Assembly (NCBI RefSeq): GCF_000002865.3
Contig: NW_001865083.1
Span: 142,852 to 206,851, forward strand
Reading direction: 5' to 3'
Length of the DNA stretch: 64,000 nt
DNA from: Monosiga brevicollis MX1
Taxonomy: Eukaryota
Numbering within the stretch: the stretch's first letter is position 1; each line of letters begins with the position of its first letter. The notes below the pieces were generated by a model. The model saw only the letters and a list, made by a program, of their open reading frames with translations. It did no database searches and was not told where the DNA came from. The position numbers were made by a program, and so were the translations under genes. Positions 9,614-22,118 of the stretch are shown here, one piece after another.

Positions 9614-11431
9614 ATTTTTTTTCTCTCAAAAACATTCAAAAAAACCGTAAAAAACACCTTTTTGAGATGAGGCAGAGAGAGGGACGGGCTTTGGTGTGTT
9701 GGGGAGAGAGACGACGCGCCGCCGCGGCAAGCGCAGAGAGACGAGCACAAACGTCGAAACAAGCAATAAAACTAAAGCTAAAAACAGTGCAAACCCAGAG
9801 ATACAGAGCAAACGAGCAACAAAACCAGAGACATTGACCTCACCCCAACACGAACAAAGAGACTTTCCCCCACACAAAAAAAAAAACCAGAGAAAGCCAC
9901 TAGTACATGTAGTAAGCTTAAGCGACGTACCAACGACTGCTCATGCTAGCCGTCCGAAGAACTTGTAAACTGTGACTCCCTTCCGCACTGTGCTACTATA
10001 TAGTGTACTCCTATTACACTTTTACACGCTTCAAGTGTGATAAGTGTTATACTTTACACTTTGTTATCGTGTGATAATGTTACACTTTAGTGTGTGTGTG
10101 TGTGTGCGAAGGGGTTGACTGCGATGGGAAGATTTGTATTACTGGAGCAGGCATTTATACCGATGAAACCGATTGTGAAAATATCAGGGGCTGTGTCAGT
10201 ATGCGAAGACAGTGAAAGCTGTGTATACGTATCGCAGAAACGGTAATCGCCAAATCTGTATGTTCAGAGAAGCGTGCGAGGGCTAAAGAATCTCTTGTGT
10301 AAAAGTGAACAGTAATCCAGAGATGTGTGTTCTGATCCATGCTTCCTCAGAGAAAGAGCGTACATATGAGAATACCCAGTGCTCTTATGGAAGACGACGA
10401 CGCGACGGCTGAGAAGGGAAGGCGAGACGCAAGGTAAAGACGTGAGGCGACGTGCGCGGTGGGGCGCACGGCAAGACAAAGTCCAACGCGAGGGAGACGA
10501 AGCTGCAACTGTAGGGACAAAGAGATCCTTCAAGGCATCGGGTTCGTCGTCATTGGTGCATTGAAACCTCGAGTGTCACAGATCCGAGACCGGTAGTCAT
10601 GATATCGACTCAGCCCCGAGCGTTCCAACGCGATGTATCTCAAGGCTTTTGGAGCCCGGCTTTCGAGCTGCCATTCGTCATAAAACTGCAACTGCAAGTT
10701 GTTGAAAGGAGCCTGATCTTTCGAATACGAGCCAAGAGCTTGTGCTTTCCTGTGGTACATTGGGGCAGTGCCTGTTGACTCGGATCAACCTTACCCTAAT
10801 GCACAGAAATTTTTAGTCCTTTAACCGCCCTTCCCCGCCTATGCCACGCCTGCCCTGCCTACCCCACCACGCCCCGCCTCCCTCTCTCCCTCTCTCTCCC
10901 TCTCTCTCTCTCCCTCTCTCTGTGATAAAAGATAGAAAAAAAAACACAAAAATTCGAGCAAAATTCGAGCAAAATTCGACGAAAACTCACACACACACAC
11001 ACACACACACGTGAGTCGTTTCTCTGACATTTTACAGTCAAGACGACGGCATCTCTACCAGTACACACCAAACCAAAGCTTTCTCTTGTCCTCAATCCAA
11101 TCCTAGATGCATCTCTTATTATACCTTTAAATCATCAAAAAGAACATTTCACCACGAGTCCAATCTCTGAAATTCAATGCTGATAACACGTTCTCTCTGA
11201 CTAATATCACATGGTCACCTCCCATCTCTCACTTGCTCGCTGCCGCGACCCACGACCACGACCACGACGCGGATCCGGGCTTTGGACTTGCTCGCCATCT
11301 GCGGCTCGAGCCCTGCTCTGCTGCGTCGTGCTGTGACGCGCTCTGCACGAGCCCACGGCAAGCATACCACCCGTGCTCTCTCCACAGCTGTGCCCCTCTT
11401 TTTATCAACTCACCACGCTCATACCGCCGCC

Positions 11432-12332
11432 ATGACCGAGAAAGGTACTTGCCCGTCTGCTCGTTCCAGCTGCTCGACCCGACTCATCAACACTTCTCCT
11501 CCGCCTCCTTCTTCTCCGCCTCCTCCGCCCCTCAATCGGACCTTCCTCTTTTCATTCCTTTGCCAAATCAACAGAAAGCCCGGCTGGGTTTGTCAAGGTC
11601 GTCGAGGGCAAGGCCGCCATCCTCTTCCCAGAAGATGAGGGCGTCTTTTACAACCCCGTCCAGGTATCCTCGCCAACCTTGACCTTGACCTTGCACCACC
11701 ACGCCAGGTCTTCCCCTCCCCTTGGATTCCATTGTTCACCGCCCCTGATCTGCAAAACCCATCTTTTCCTCTTTAGGAGTTTAACCGCGATCTGAGTACC
11801 TGCGTTATTCTCAACTTTGCCAACCGCTTCATGCCCGATACCAGCGATCCTTGGGGCAAGAAACACGCCCGCCGAACCTCGCACGCACTCGGCGATCCCC
11901 TCTTTGAAGGCTCCCATCGCAAAGAAGCCGAAGAACAAATCAAAGCCCAGGTGCCTAGCACTACTCCTCTCTCCCTTTTCGCTTCTCGTCCCAAAGCTCA
12001 TCCACACTCTTCTCGACTTTCTTCTGCCTGCCGTGCTCAGTCCCCCGCTGTGGAATCAACTCCTGCGCCTGGTGAGCGGACCATGTACAATCCAAGCGAT
12101 GCCTCCTTTGATCGCGAAACCCAGGGCATTCGTATCCTCGAAGCCCTGGCCGCCTCGGGCCTCCGTTCCATTCGGTAGGCGGCCTCTCCTGCTCTGACGC
12201 TACGCGCGCCCCCGCTTGTGCTAGCGTCCAATGCAGTCGAATCGATGTCCCGCGTCATATTGTTGACCCTACCATCATCGTCGTCGTCCTCGCTCACCCA
12301 AACCGCTCTGCTTGCGCTGCTACCGCTCGCCT

Positions 12333-12364
<32 letters not shown>

Positions 12365-14546
12365 TGGTGCCACAGCTATTACCGGGAAATTCCCGCCATC
12401 CGCTCCATCGTGTGCAACGACTTTAGCCAAGCCGCCGTGGAGAACATTCGTCGCAACCTGGCTTACAATGACATTGCAGAAAGCGGCATCATTCCCAACT
12501 TTGGTGATGCCAAGTACGCCCGACAAGCCTCGCCATCCCGCGTCCCAAACCATTCCAATACAGCTTTCCTCACTTTCTTTTACTCTGCCTTTGCTACTAC
12601 CCGCCCTTGGCTGCTTGCACCTATAGCGTTGTCATGCACGACGCGTCGACGCGGCCCGGCGCTCGTTTTGACGTCGTCGATCTGGATCCTTACGGCACCG
12701 CCTCCCCGTTTCTGGACGCCGCCGTCAAATCCATCACCGACGGAGGTGCGACCACTCACCCAACTCGCGCCGCTCCTCTCTCCCCACCTTTGCTCTCATA
12801 CGACAGCAAGCTCTTCGTTTCGCCGTCTTATCCGTTGCTTGCCACGGTCACCATCTCGTCCCTGTCAGGTCTCCTGTGTGTCACTTGCACAGACATGGCC
12901 GTGCTGGCGGGTGCCCACCCCGATGCCTGCTACGCCAAGTATGGCTCGGTGTCTCTCAAGGGTCCATTTTGCCACGAATCGGTGCGATTTGGCGTTCACG
13001 CACCAGCTGATTCAGCCACCCGTTCTCCAACATTCAAATCTCATGCTGGTCCTTCCATCCCCTGCAGGGCGTTCGCATCCTCCTCAACTCCATCTCTACC
13101 GCAGCCGCTCGCTACGGGAGCTATATCCAGCCGGTACTCCCTTTCTTTGCTTGAGATCAAATCACGCCTATGCTTGCTCCCGCCTGTCAAGTTGACCTTC
13201 TGCTCACCCACGACATACCGATGCTTTTGCTGCCAGCTCATGTCGTGTTCAATCGACTTTTACTGCCGAGTCTTTGTGCGCGTCTTCAAGGGCCCTGCCA
13301 AGGCCAAGCTCTCGGCTCAGTACGCACCCTTTCTCTCGTACCGGGCACTTTGTGCTTTGGCCCCTACCGACAGCATGCGAAATTCTCCCTCGCCTTCTTG
13401 CGCGTATCACTCAAGCGTGTTGCCTTTTTCCATGTGTTTGTACAGACACAACGGCGTTGTGTACATGTGCCCGCGGTGCCACAGCTTTGCCTCGGCGTCC
13501 TTTGGCCGCTTCGGGGACAAGTAAGCTTGTGTGTAGCTTTACCCGCTCTTTATCTCTGGGCACTATGCAGCTGTCTGCTTATTCACAGTGCACCGAATCC
13601 ACTCGTTCCGGTCTCTAGAAACAAGTTCCGACATGGCCATGCACCCTCCGTGGGTGATCATTGCCAGCACTGTGGAGGACCTTTTCAGGTGAGCGCTGGG
13701 CTTGGTGCATGCAGCCGCTGCCTTGGCTCGACTCAATCAGACGCGCCCTTTTTCTTGCGTGGGCATAGATTGGCGGTCCGCTCTGGCTGGGACCGATGCA
13801 CGATCCCGACTTTGTGGGACAATGTGCCGACTATCTCAAAGCACATCGCGACGACTTTGGAACGGCTGACCGCATGGAGGGCATGTTTGCCATCTGCAAA
13901 GAGGTACGGTGCCCGCCTCACCGCTCTTTTATTTATTCATTTTTTCTTTATGTTTTGCCTTGATCAAGCTTGTGCTCCGACTGGCATTCACGCGATCATG
14001 CGCCGCAGGAACTGCCCGATGCTCCATTCCACTACAATGTGAGCGATCTAGCGCACACGGCGCATTGCCAGTCCATCCCCCATGACACATTCCGCTCCGC
14101 TCTGGTCAATGCGGGCTACCGCGTCTCTCCCACCCACACCAACCCGCAAGGCATGAAGACGGATGCTCCCTCCACTTTTATCTGGGATTTGCTGCGGGAA
14201 TGGGTGAAAACTAACCCTGTCAAGAAGGAGCACTACGAAGGCGAAAGTCCCGGTGCTCTCATTCTTAAAGCCCCCATGACGTGCGTGACACATAACCTTG
14301 TCATGCTTCGCTAGCCTTAAGGCTCAGGCCACCCCCCCTCCCTTTCTTCTTTTTCTTTCCTGCGATATCGTCGACTCAGGCCTTGCGACTCGGTGCAATC
14401 GCTTTTGTTGACATAGGCATACGGTGGATATGACTTTTAACAAGGCATCGCGGCCCAAGAGCGTCGATGCCAAAATTGTGCGCTTCCAGGAGAACCCCAC
14501 TGCCAACTGGGGTCCCAAAGCGCGCGCCGGGAGCAAGAAACGGTAA
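11432..14546 (+). CDS. TRMT1: tRNA (guanine26-N2)-dimethyltransferase, multi-exon
   Basis: EGKAAILFPEDEGVFYNPVQ|EFNRDLS, ILEALAASGLRSIR|YYREIP, FDVVDLDPYGTASPFLDAAV, LLCVTCTDMAVLAG, RSALVNAGYRVSPTH...KTDAP, RFQENPTANWGPKARA. Confidence 0.96.
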
Positions 14547-14945
14547 GCTTGCTTAAGCACGCTCCTGCCTGGCTGGCGCGCCGCCTCATCTTCCTGGTCG
14601 GGTGGTAGAACGGACAGCGATGGCAAGAAGACGCAGCCAAAGAAAGCCAAGGCTGACGAAGAGTAATTTGGTCATGCGCGATGGCCTTTGTTTCTGGCAT
14701 TTTTGGGTGACCTGTCTGCCTTGCTGCTTTTGTTGCGGGACGCTTCGGGGGCCAACGTGGTGACACATGGCCCCTGCGGCAAACATCGGTTGACAAAATT
14801 ACACAAGAAGATTAATCATTATTGTTGTATTGTTCTTGTATGTTGATTCACATGTTAAATGCGGGCTGGGTTCTGGACTAGAGGGGAAAAGACACACGCA
14901 CAACGCGATTCAAGTCAGACGACTCGTGCAACCATTGGCACTGCT

Positions 14946-17558
14946 TTAAAGTTCGCCACTCGAGTCGGACTGGGAATCCATGTCTGCAAGCAAGTACACG
15001 GCCAAGGCTACAAGGAGAATAATGAGCATGGCCAACATGCGGAGCCACGGGCGGCGCAGGCCATGCAACACTGTGGCACGTAAATGACGATCTGCCGAGA
15101 CGCTGAGGAGACGCGTTTGCACACGGTTGTCCGTTCCCTCAGGCGTGGGTACTTCGGCAAATGCCAAACTGGTCACAAACAGTGGGTGTGGTTGACATTG
15201 TTGCAATCGCTGCGGGCAAGGTACGTGAGCCGGCTGGTGGGTGAGCAGGGTGGCTCGGCTAACATGCTCAAACGGATTGGAAGATTTGGGGCAAGAATAA
15301 CGTACCATCAAAGAGCGGGTTTCAAGAACATAAACGTGGCCTTCCATGTCACCAAGGCCGAGGAATTGATCATCAGCACTGGCGCACACGGCGCTCAAGG
15401 CGTCGTAGGCCAGCAGCCGCTTGCGTTGCAGAATACCCTTGTTATCAAACACGGCCTGTGGCGGGAGTGGTGGGAGGAGGCCCGGTTCAGGTCAGAAGGA
15501 AAGCAGTTGCAAAAGTGCCAAAAAGCATCAAGGGGGCCTACGTACCACAATGCTACGCAGCTTGGATGAGTGCTTGGGCAAGGGGACAAAACCCACAACC
15601 ACCTCTCCGTTTTTCAAGCAGCTAGCATAGGCGGGCGTACACAGCGTGTGAGGACAGCACAGTCGGAGGTCACAGAGACGTGGCGTGGGCGTGGCATGCG
15701 GGGGTGAGTGACTGCACTGAGCCTGGTGTGACGGTGCTCACCAGCAGCAGCGCGCGCAATACCGTTCGTCGGACCTATGAGGCAGCAGGGGTCGTGGAGT
15801 GAGCAAAACACAGGCAAGGTTCACACTACAGAGGGAAGGGGGTGGATGGGCGCCGGAAAGACTGACAGTTGCAGATTGACGCGTTTGTCAAAGTTGACGG
15901 AGTAGCGCAGAGGCGTGTCCGCATCATCAACATCATCATCATGTTCGTTGTCGTCATTGGAAGGGGAGATGGCGATGGGGAGCAGCTGAGCTGCGCGCTC
16001 TCGGCTCGCCACCACCACAAACTGCCCTTCCATATCCAGCGCCACGCTGTCAATCTGTTGGGGTATGTATCGGCAGCGGCAGCGGCAGCCGCACACCAGG
16101 GGGTTGAGATGGGCAAGTGGGCGGGAAGTGCGTGACGGTGAGTAAAGGTTACCTGGCGTTTGGTGATGGATAGGGCATTAAAGTGGAGAGGCCGCATGGG
16201 TTCGCCATCTTCAAGCAGACTGGCAGTGTCGGCCAGGGCAAGCTCGCCGGTGGAGAGGGCAGCTACGAGGATGTGGCCACTAGCCGAGGCCCCAAGTGTG
16301 GTTACAAAGGCGTCGGCCTTTTCGGATTGGGTGGCCGAGCAAGACACCTGGGGGTGCAGTGATTCAACCCTACGGGTGGGCCAGACACCGTTGAACCAAT
16401 GGTGAACCAATGATGAGCCCTTGTTGTACCGCGGAAGAACGGTTGCAAAGGCAAGCCGGGAAAAACGCGTGGCGCTTGTGTTTGGTGGATAAGCATCCGT
16501 GTGCGCAAGGCACCGCCAGAACATACCCCTATGGAACGGGAGGACAGAACGGAAAAGGGGAGGGTGTCATGATTGCGTGAGGATGGAAGAAACAAGCAAG
16601 CAACATACAAAACAGCGTGAAGCAGAGGTGGGACTGGAGTGCCCAGAGCAAAGCGGCAATCTTACTTCATCATCTGCTTTCAGTCGGTAAATCGTGACTC
16701 GATCGTCAATGGCGGCAGCAAGCGTCGTGGCCGACTAGGGGGAGGAATGAACAAATATGAGCGGCGACGGCGACTGCGAGGGGAAGGGAGGATAAAGTAG
16801 AAAAAGAACAGAGGGAGAGACACGAGGGGCGTGTCGTCCCACCAGAGAGGCCATGGCACTGATGGCGCCGGTTTTGTCTTCAAAGTTGGCTGTAATATTG
16901 GCACCCGTGGCGCCTATGTTCATGAGTTCCTAGTATGTAGGTGTCCAAAGGGGGGAGGAATGAAGGGTGAGGTCAAAAAAAGCGAGTTTCAAAGGGGGCA
17001 CGAGAGGTGTGGTCGACACTGGGCGTACAATCATGTTGGGGACGCCATAATTGCCAGCGCCGCCACCTCCAGCAATGGCGACCCGCAGGCCAGCCTGCGT
17101 GGACTAAGGAAGGGTACAGAGACGAAGATGTGAGACCCAGGGCATTGGAGGTCGGGTAGATTGTGGCTTGTGAGGACGTGGCCAGAGAAAATTATATTAA
17201 AAAAAAAAAGCAAAAATAGGAGGAAAGCGACGAGTCAGGTCACATCCTACCTGAGCGTCTGCACGACGAGTACGTCGGGGCAGGAGGTGCATCATTGGCA
17301 AACATCGATGAGGAAAGGGTGGCCAAAGACCTAGTCCTTGTTGTCGGGCGCGTGTAGGGACGAGGACGCACCTTGGGGTAGGGTGAGAGCGTAGATGGGG
17401 TAGTTGGCCTCGTAGCAGAGCATGCTGCTCGCATCCGAACCTGTTTCGTGTCAAAAGTTGAGGTCACGGCGTGAGCAGCGGGCCAAGACGCAGGGCGCGG
17501 AGTGCAGGTGCCTGAAAAAGGACTAAACAGCTTCATACTTACTGGCTGAGCTCGCCAT
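14946..17558 (-). CDS. PREB: Sec12/PREB, Sar1 guanine-nucleotide exchange factor (WD40 propeller plus C-terminal TM), multi-exon
   Basis: N-terminal YPIYAL, K-loop IAGGGGAGNYGVPN (17030-17094), WD segments SADDQFLGLGDMEGHVYV, HPLFVTSLAF and LLSVSADRH, and TM MLAMLIILLVALAVYLL. Confidence 0.85.
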
Positions 17559-17812
17559 GCTGCCCTTTGCGTCTGCCAGGCACCAAAGCTATCCGTCCCA
17601 ACTCGTGCGCTGTTTGCCAGGGGAAGATCAAAACCAGAACCGCATCAACCTTGTGAGCCAATACACACGCGATCGGAAATGCATTTCGCAGGGGACTCAA
17701 GCACACCACCACATTCAATCACCCGGCCCGCCCGCCAAATTACAGCGGCAGCGGCAGTGCCAGTGACGGTACCACTTGGTGCAACGTCATTGCCGCGCTG
17801 CCGTTTGTCGAC

Positions 17813-17844
<32 letters not shown>

Positions 17845-18248
17845 GTCAACGCAAGAGACGTGATCCACAAGTTCAAACACACCTCTTTAAAATAAATACC
17901 CTTAAAATGAAATACAACCTCGTAAAGTCGAAATCCTGACAAAGGTGATATTGTCAGAAAGAACACGTGTTGAAAACTACTGTTGACCGCGTCAAAAAAA
18001 TCTTTCGCCCACAAACAAAAGGCCTTTGTTGCCGATGTTCACGCTCGTCTCTGGCGCAACAACCTTTGTCAGCGGCATCTCTGCTTTACCATGATGAAGG
18101 TTTGTAATCTCTGCTATCACCTGTATATCTCACAGTGATAAACTCATGTTGAGCCACTATCTCTGAAAAATACTCTGCTTCACATCATTCCTCTGCACTG
18201 CGGCTTCACTCTCTCTCTTTCTCTCTCTCTGGTTTTTGCGCGCAAGTG

Positions 18249-18296
<48 letters not shown>

Positions 18297-19033
18297 CGCG
18301 CGCGGTTGTGTGTCTGGTACGGTCGGCTCGGCTCGGCTCGGCTCGGCTCAGCTCTGTGGGTGTGCCGCCTTCCCTGCTGTATCTGAGGGGGGATTGAAAC
18401 GCTGCACACCACTCGTACCCACACACGGGCGAGTTGACGTGGTGTTATTCAAATGCAATTGTCGCCTGTTGTTGGTGTTGTTGTGGCTCCGTCACTGTCC
18501 GCCCTCGCCCTCGCGCTGTTTTTTTTTTTCTTTTTTTCGTCAATGGCATGCCAATGTGGCAGCGGGGATCTTGCTGCTCGTTGGACCGTGTTTGGTCGTG
18601 TGCACTGCCTTTTTTTGTGTCTTCTTTGGGAGCGAAGTGCATGGCCTAGGTTGCTGGTCTCGAGGCTTGCCTTTTTTTTTTTTTCATTTCTCTCACGACG
18701 TGTTCATCGTTGCAGAGCGCCGAATCGTCGAAGAAGCGAGAGCACGTTCATTAGCCGCGATCTTCAGCGTGCCTGTGCAGCACTTGTGGATTGGCCGCGT
18801 GACCAGCTTACAAGTGGAAGATCATACCTTGATAGCCGTTCGTTGACATGCCTTTTCCTTTTTTTCATCATCTGCACCCTGCATTCCAATCCCCGTCCCC
18901 GCTCAGCCTCTGCTGCCCCTCGTGCCGTCTCACGTTGATCCTTCCCCATGGCCTGTTTGTGTGGTCCTGCGTTAGATTCGCCCTTTTGCCTGCTTCTGCC
19001 CAAAGCCTCCCCTTGTTGACGGGCACTGGCATC

Positions 19034-21517
19034 ATGGAAGCCTCCTGCTTGACCCTCTCCATCGAGGTTCGTCCCACCAGTCACGGGCCAAGCGGCACCC
19101 ACGCTCCTCGGCTCCCGCTGCCAGTACCCCAACCCCCCCTTGCTGCCCCTCAACCGCCGCCATCCTGCCTATGCTCGTGTTTTGCTTAGGGCGAGCGCTT
19201 GCTCAAGGCCCATGATTATGAGGGTGCCATCAAATTCTTTGAGGCTGGCCTTCGACAAGGCACCGATGACCTCGAAGTTCTCAGGTAAGAAGGGCTATTA
19301 CTGACACGCTTCTCAAGCGTGCCCTTTTCGAAAGAAGTTGCTCGCAACGAGAGTTTGCCACCGCCCGGTCAAGCTTGCGCTCACCTTGGCTGCATCTGTA
19401 CGTGTGCCTCCGTCACGCCTGTCTGGTCCGGGCAAATCTAGTGCCGTGTACAACCAACTGGGCAATGCCTGCTATTACCTCAAACGGTACGAGAAGGCGC
19501 TTGAGTATCATAAGAAGGATCTCGAAATTGCAGAGCGTCAAGGTGACAAGCAGGGCATGGCCAAGGCCTATGGTAACCTCGGCAACACCTTCAAATCCCT
19601 GAAGAACCACGAATCCGCTCTCAAGTACGATGCCTGCTGGCGGCGGCCCCTGTCCCTTCCTGCCCCATGGTCCACTTCTCCTGGCCGATCGCTCACATTC
19701 CAACACCATGGTTTGCTTGGTCGGTAGGTGCTGTGAACAACATCTCGAACTGACGCGTCAGTTGCGGGATCGCGTCGGTGAGAGCCGTGCCTGCTACAAC
19801 CTTGGCAACGTGCATCATGACATTGGCAAGCGGGATCTGGCTGCCGGTCAACATCGCCTCAACGAGGCCAATCGCCAAGCGAAAAACCACAGCGCGCAAC
19901 AGCAGCTTAATCGCGAAGGCCAGCAGCTCACCCAACAGGGACGTGTCTCTGTGGAAAAGGCCATCGACTACTACAAGACAGCCCTCGAAATTACCGTCAG
20001 CCAAAAGGACAAGGCCGGTGAAGGGCGCGCCGTCGGTAACCTTGGTAACGCCTACACCGCCATTGGCAAGTATCAAGAGGCCATCACTTACCATAACCGT
20101 CGCCTCAAACTGGCGGAGGAAGCCAATGATCTGCCCGCCCGCGCGCGTGCCTGCGGTAACTTGGGCAACGCCTTCAGTGCCTTGGCCGACTACACACAGG
20201 CGCTGCAATATTACAACGAATCTCTGGCCGTCGCTCGCGAAGCCGGTAACGAGGCCGGCGAAGGTCAGGCCTACTACTGCCTGGGCAGCACCTATTACCT
20301 TCAGAAAAACTATGAAAAGGCCATCGAAAACCACAAAAAACATCTTGAAGTCGTCACCAAGCTCAACGACAAGCAAGGCCAGGGTAAGGTCTTTGTCCAA
20401 TTTCCTCACGTGTTCACGTTGCTGTGCTAGCTTGCCTTGACTCAATGAATTCACATCGCTGTGCGGCCGGGCGTTAGTGCGAGCGTGGCACAACCTGCGC
20501 AATGCCTATGCGCAACGCGGCGACAAGGCTGAAGAGCGCCGGTACGACGAACTGATCAAGCAGCAAAACCCCCGGCAGCCACGCCCCGTCGTCCAAGCCG
20601 CCCAGCCGGAACAGCGCACGGCTTCGGGCATCTCGGGTACGAGCTCGGGGAGCGGCGCCAGCGGCAAGAAAGGTGCCGCCAAAACCAAAAAGGGCGCCGG
20701 CCTCTTCAAAAAGTCTGCCGCCAAGGGCAACACGGTTGAGGTCAGTCCTGACTTTGCCACCTACCCCCGCCTGCCTTTGATTTATATCCTTTCCCCCAAA
20801 CAATCCCTGTCGGAGAATTCGTTTTTCATTGACTGTTCCCTCGTATGCGCCGGTATTGGTAGGCATTTTCCGTAGAAGACTCCTCCGATGAAGAGGACGT
20901 GGTGACGACTCGTGCCGAGCCTGGTGCCGCGGGTGGAGCCAACAAGTCAGACTTTGCCTCGGAGTGGCTGGCCAGTGCAGTCAAGGAAAGCCAGCAAGAG
21001 ATGCGTGAGCGCCAGTCGACGCAGCAGGCGACAGCCCACGAGACCTCCACATCAGGTCAAGACGCCAGCGAGCTGCCCATGGACTTTTTCGATATGCTGG
21101 TGGAAAAGCAACGGCAGTTGGATGATCAGCGAGCGCCGGCTCCGTCCAACGGCATGGCCCACTTTGATGAACCGGGCTCTGGCCCCGCACAAGACGAGGA
21201 CGCCTTTTTTGACATGATTCTGGAAACTCAAGCCAACCGCTACGATACCCAGCGCTCTGCCGCCGCCGAGCCCTCTGCAGTGGAACGCAACGTGGATCCC
21301 GTCAATAAGGGTAAGTGCACCGACGTAGATCTGTAGCTCGGAAGATAAGGGGGGGCGTGCAGAAGAAGGCGTTTATCCATGATGCGTTCATTTGATGTGT
21401 GTGGTGTGTTCTTGCGCCACAGGTACGGCCTCTCCGAGCAAGACGGTCGGCGACGAACTGGACGACAACATGAGCTTTTTTGAGATGCTGGCAGTGGCCA
21501 AGAAGAACAAAGCGTAG
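19034..21517 (+). CDS. GPSM2: LGN/Pins/AGS3-family G-protein signalling modulator (TPR array plus GoLoco motifs)
   Basis: MEASCLTLSIE|GERLLKAHDYEGAIKFFEAGLRQGTDDLEVL|SAVYNQLGNA matches the LGN N-terminus. Repeated GNLGN TPRs; GoLoco motifs DFFDMLVEKQRQLDDQR and AFFDMILETQANRYDTQR. Confidence 0.93.
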
Positions 21518-22118
21518 GCGCGCGAGCGCGTCACCCCCTTTGTTTTTTTCTCTTTCATGGATGTTTACTGCTTGTGTGCTGTTCTCTTCTTTTTCATCCA
21601 TCGACTTTCCAACACACTCTCAGCCTTCTTTTGTCCGTTGCTCTGGTAGCTTGTTGACTGGTCTGTCCATCTGGCTCGTGCTCCCACTTATTGTTCTGTA
21701 CCCCTTGTGTGTGGAAAGAGCTTCTCTGCAGCGACCTGTCCATTGCAAGGAAACACGGTTGCGTGGAATTGGAAAAACGCGATGGCTAACAAGCAGTATT
21801 GTCAATGGAATGTACAAATGTTAGGGCAACTGAGGTTGAATTGTTGCTTGGTGGTGCATATTCTCGTTCTTGCTGTCGCAAACAACCGCTTGATCTTGAC
21901 ACATACAAAGGAGCCAAGCGGGGGAGAAGAAGGAAAAATGTACAAGTCGCGAGGTGCCGAGGCAGGCGGCCAACAGAATACGAGCACAAAACCCAACAAC
22001 ACATGAGATGAAAACGAAAAAAAAAGAGATGATGATCAAGGCAAGATGCGATCAGAACAAAACACGGATGGAGCGTTTTGAGCCAGGAATTAGTTGATCT
22101 GTGAGTGAGGGGCGCGCT

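Noticed and set aside
8787..9970. ORFs rich in SL, ER, HT or CV dipeptides (also at 26.0, 32.4, 41.0-41.9, 48.9 and 57.5-57.9 kb)
   Set aside because: These are translations of microsatellites.
10155..10760. Short ORFs between STX8 and TRM1
   Set aside because: No recognisable motif or convincing splice structure. A small gene cannot be excluded but is unsupported.
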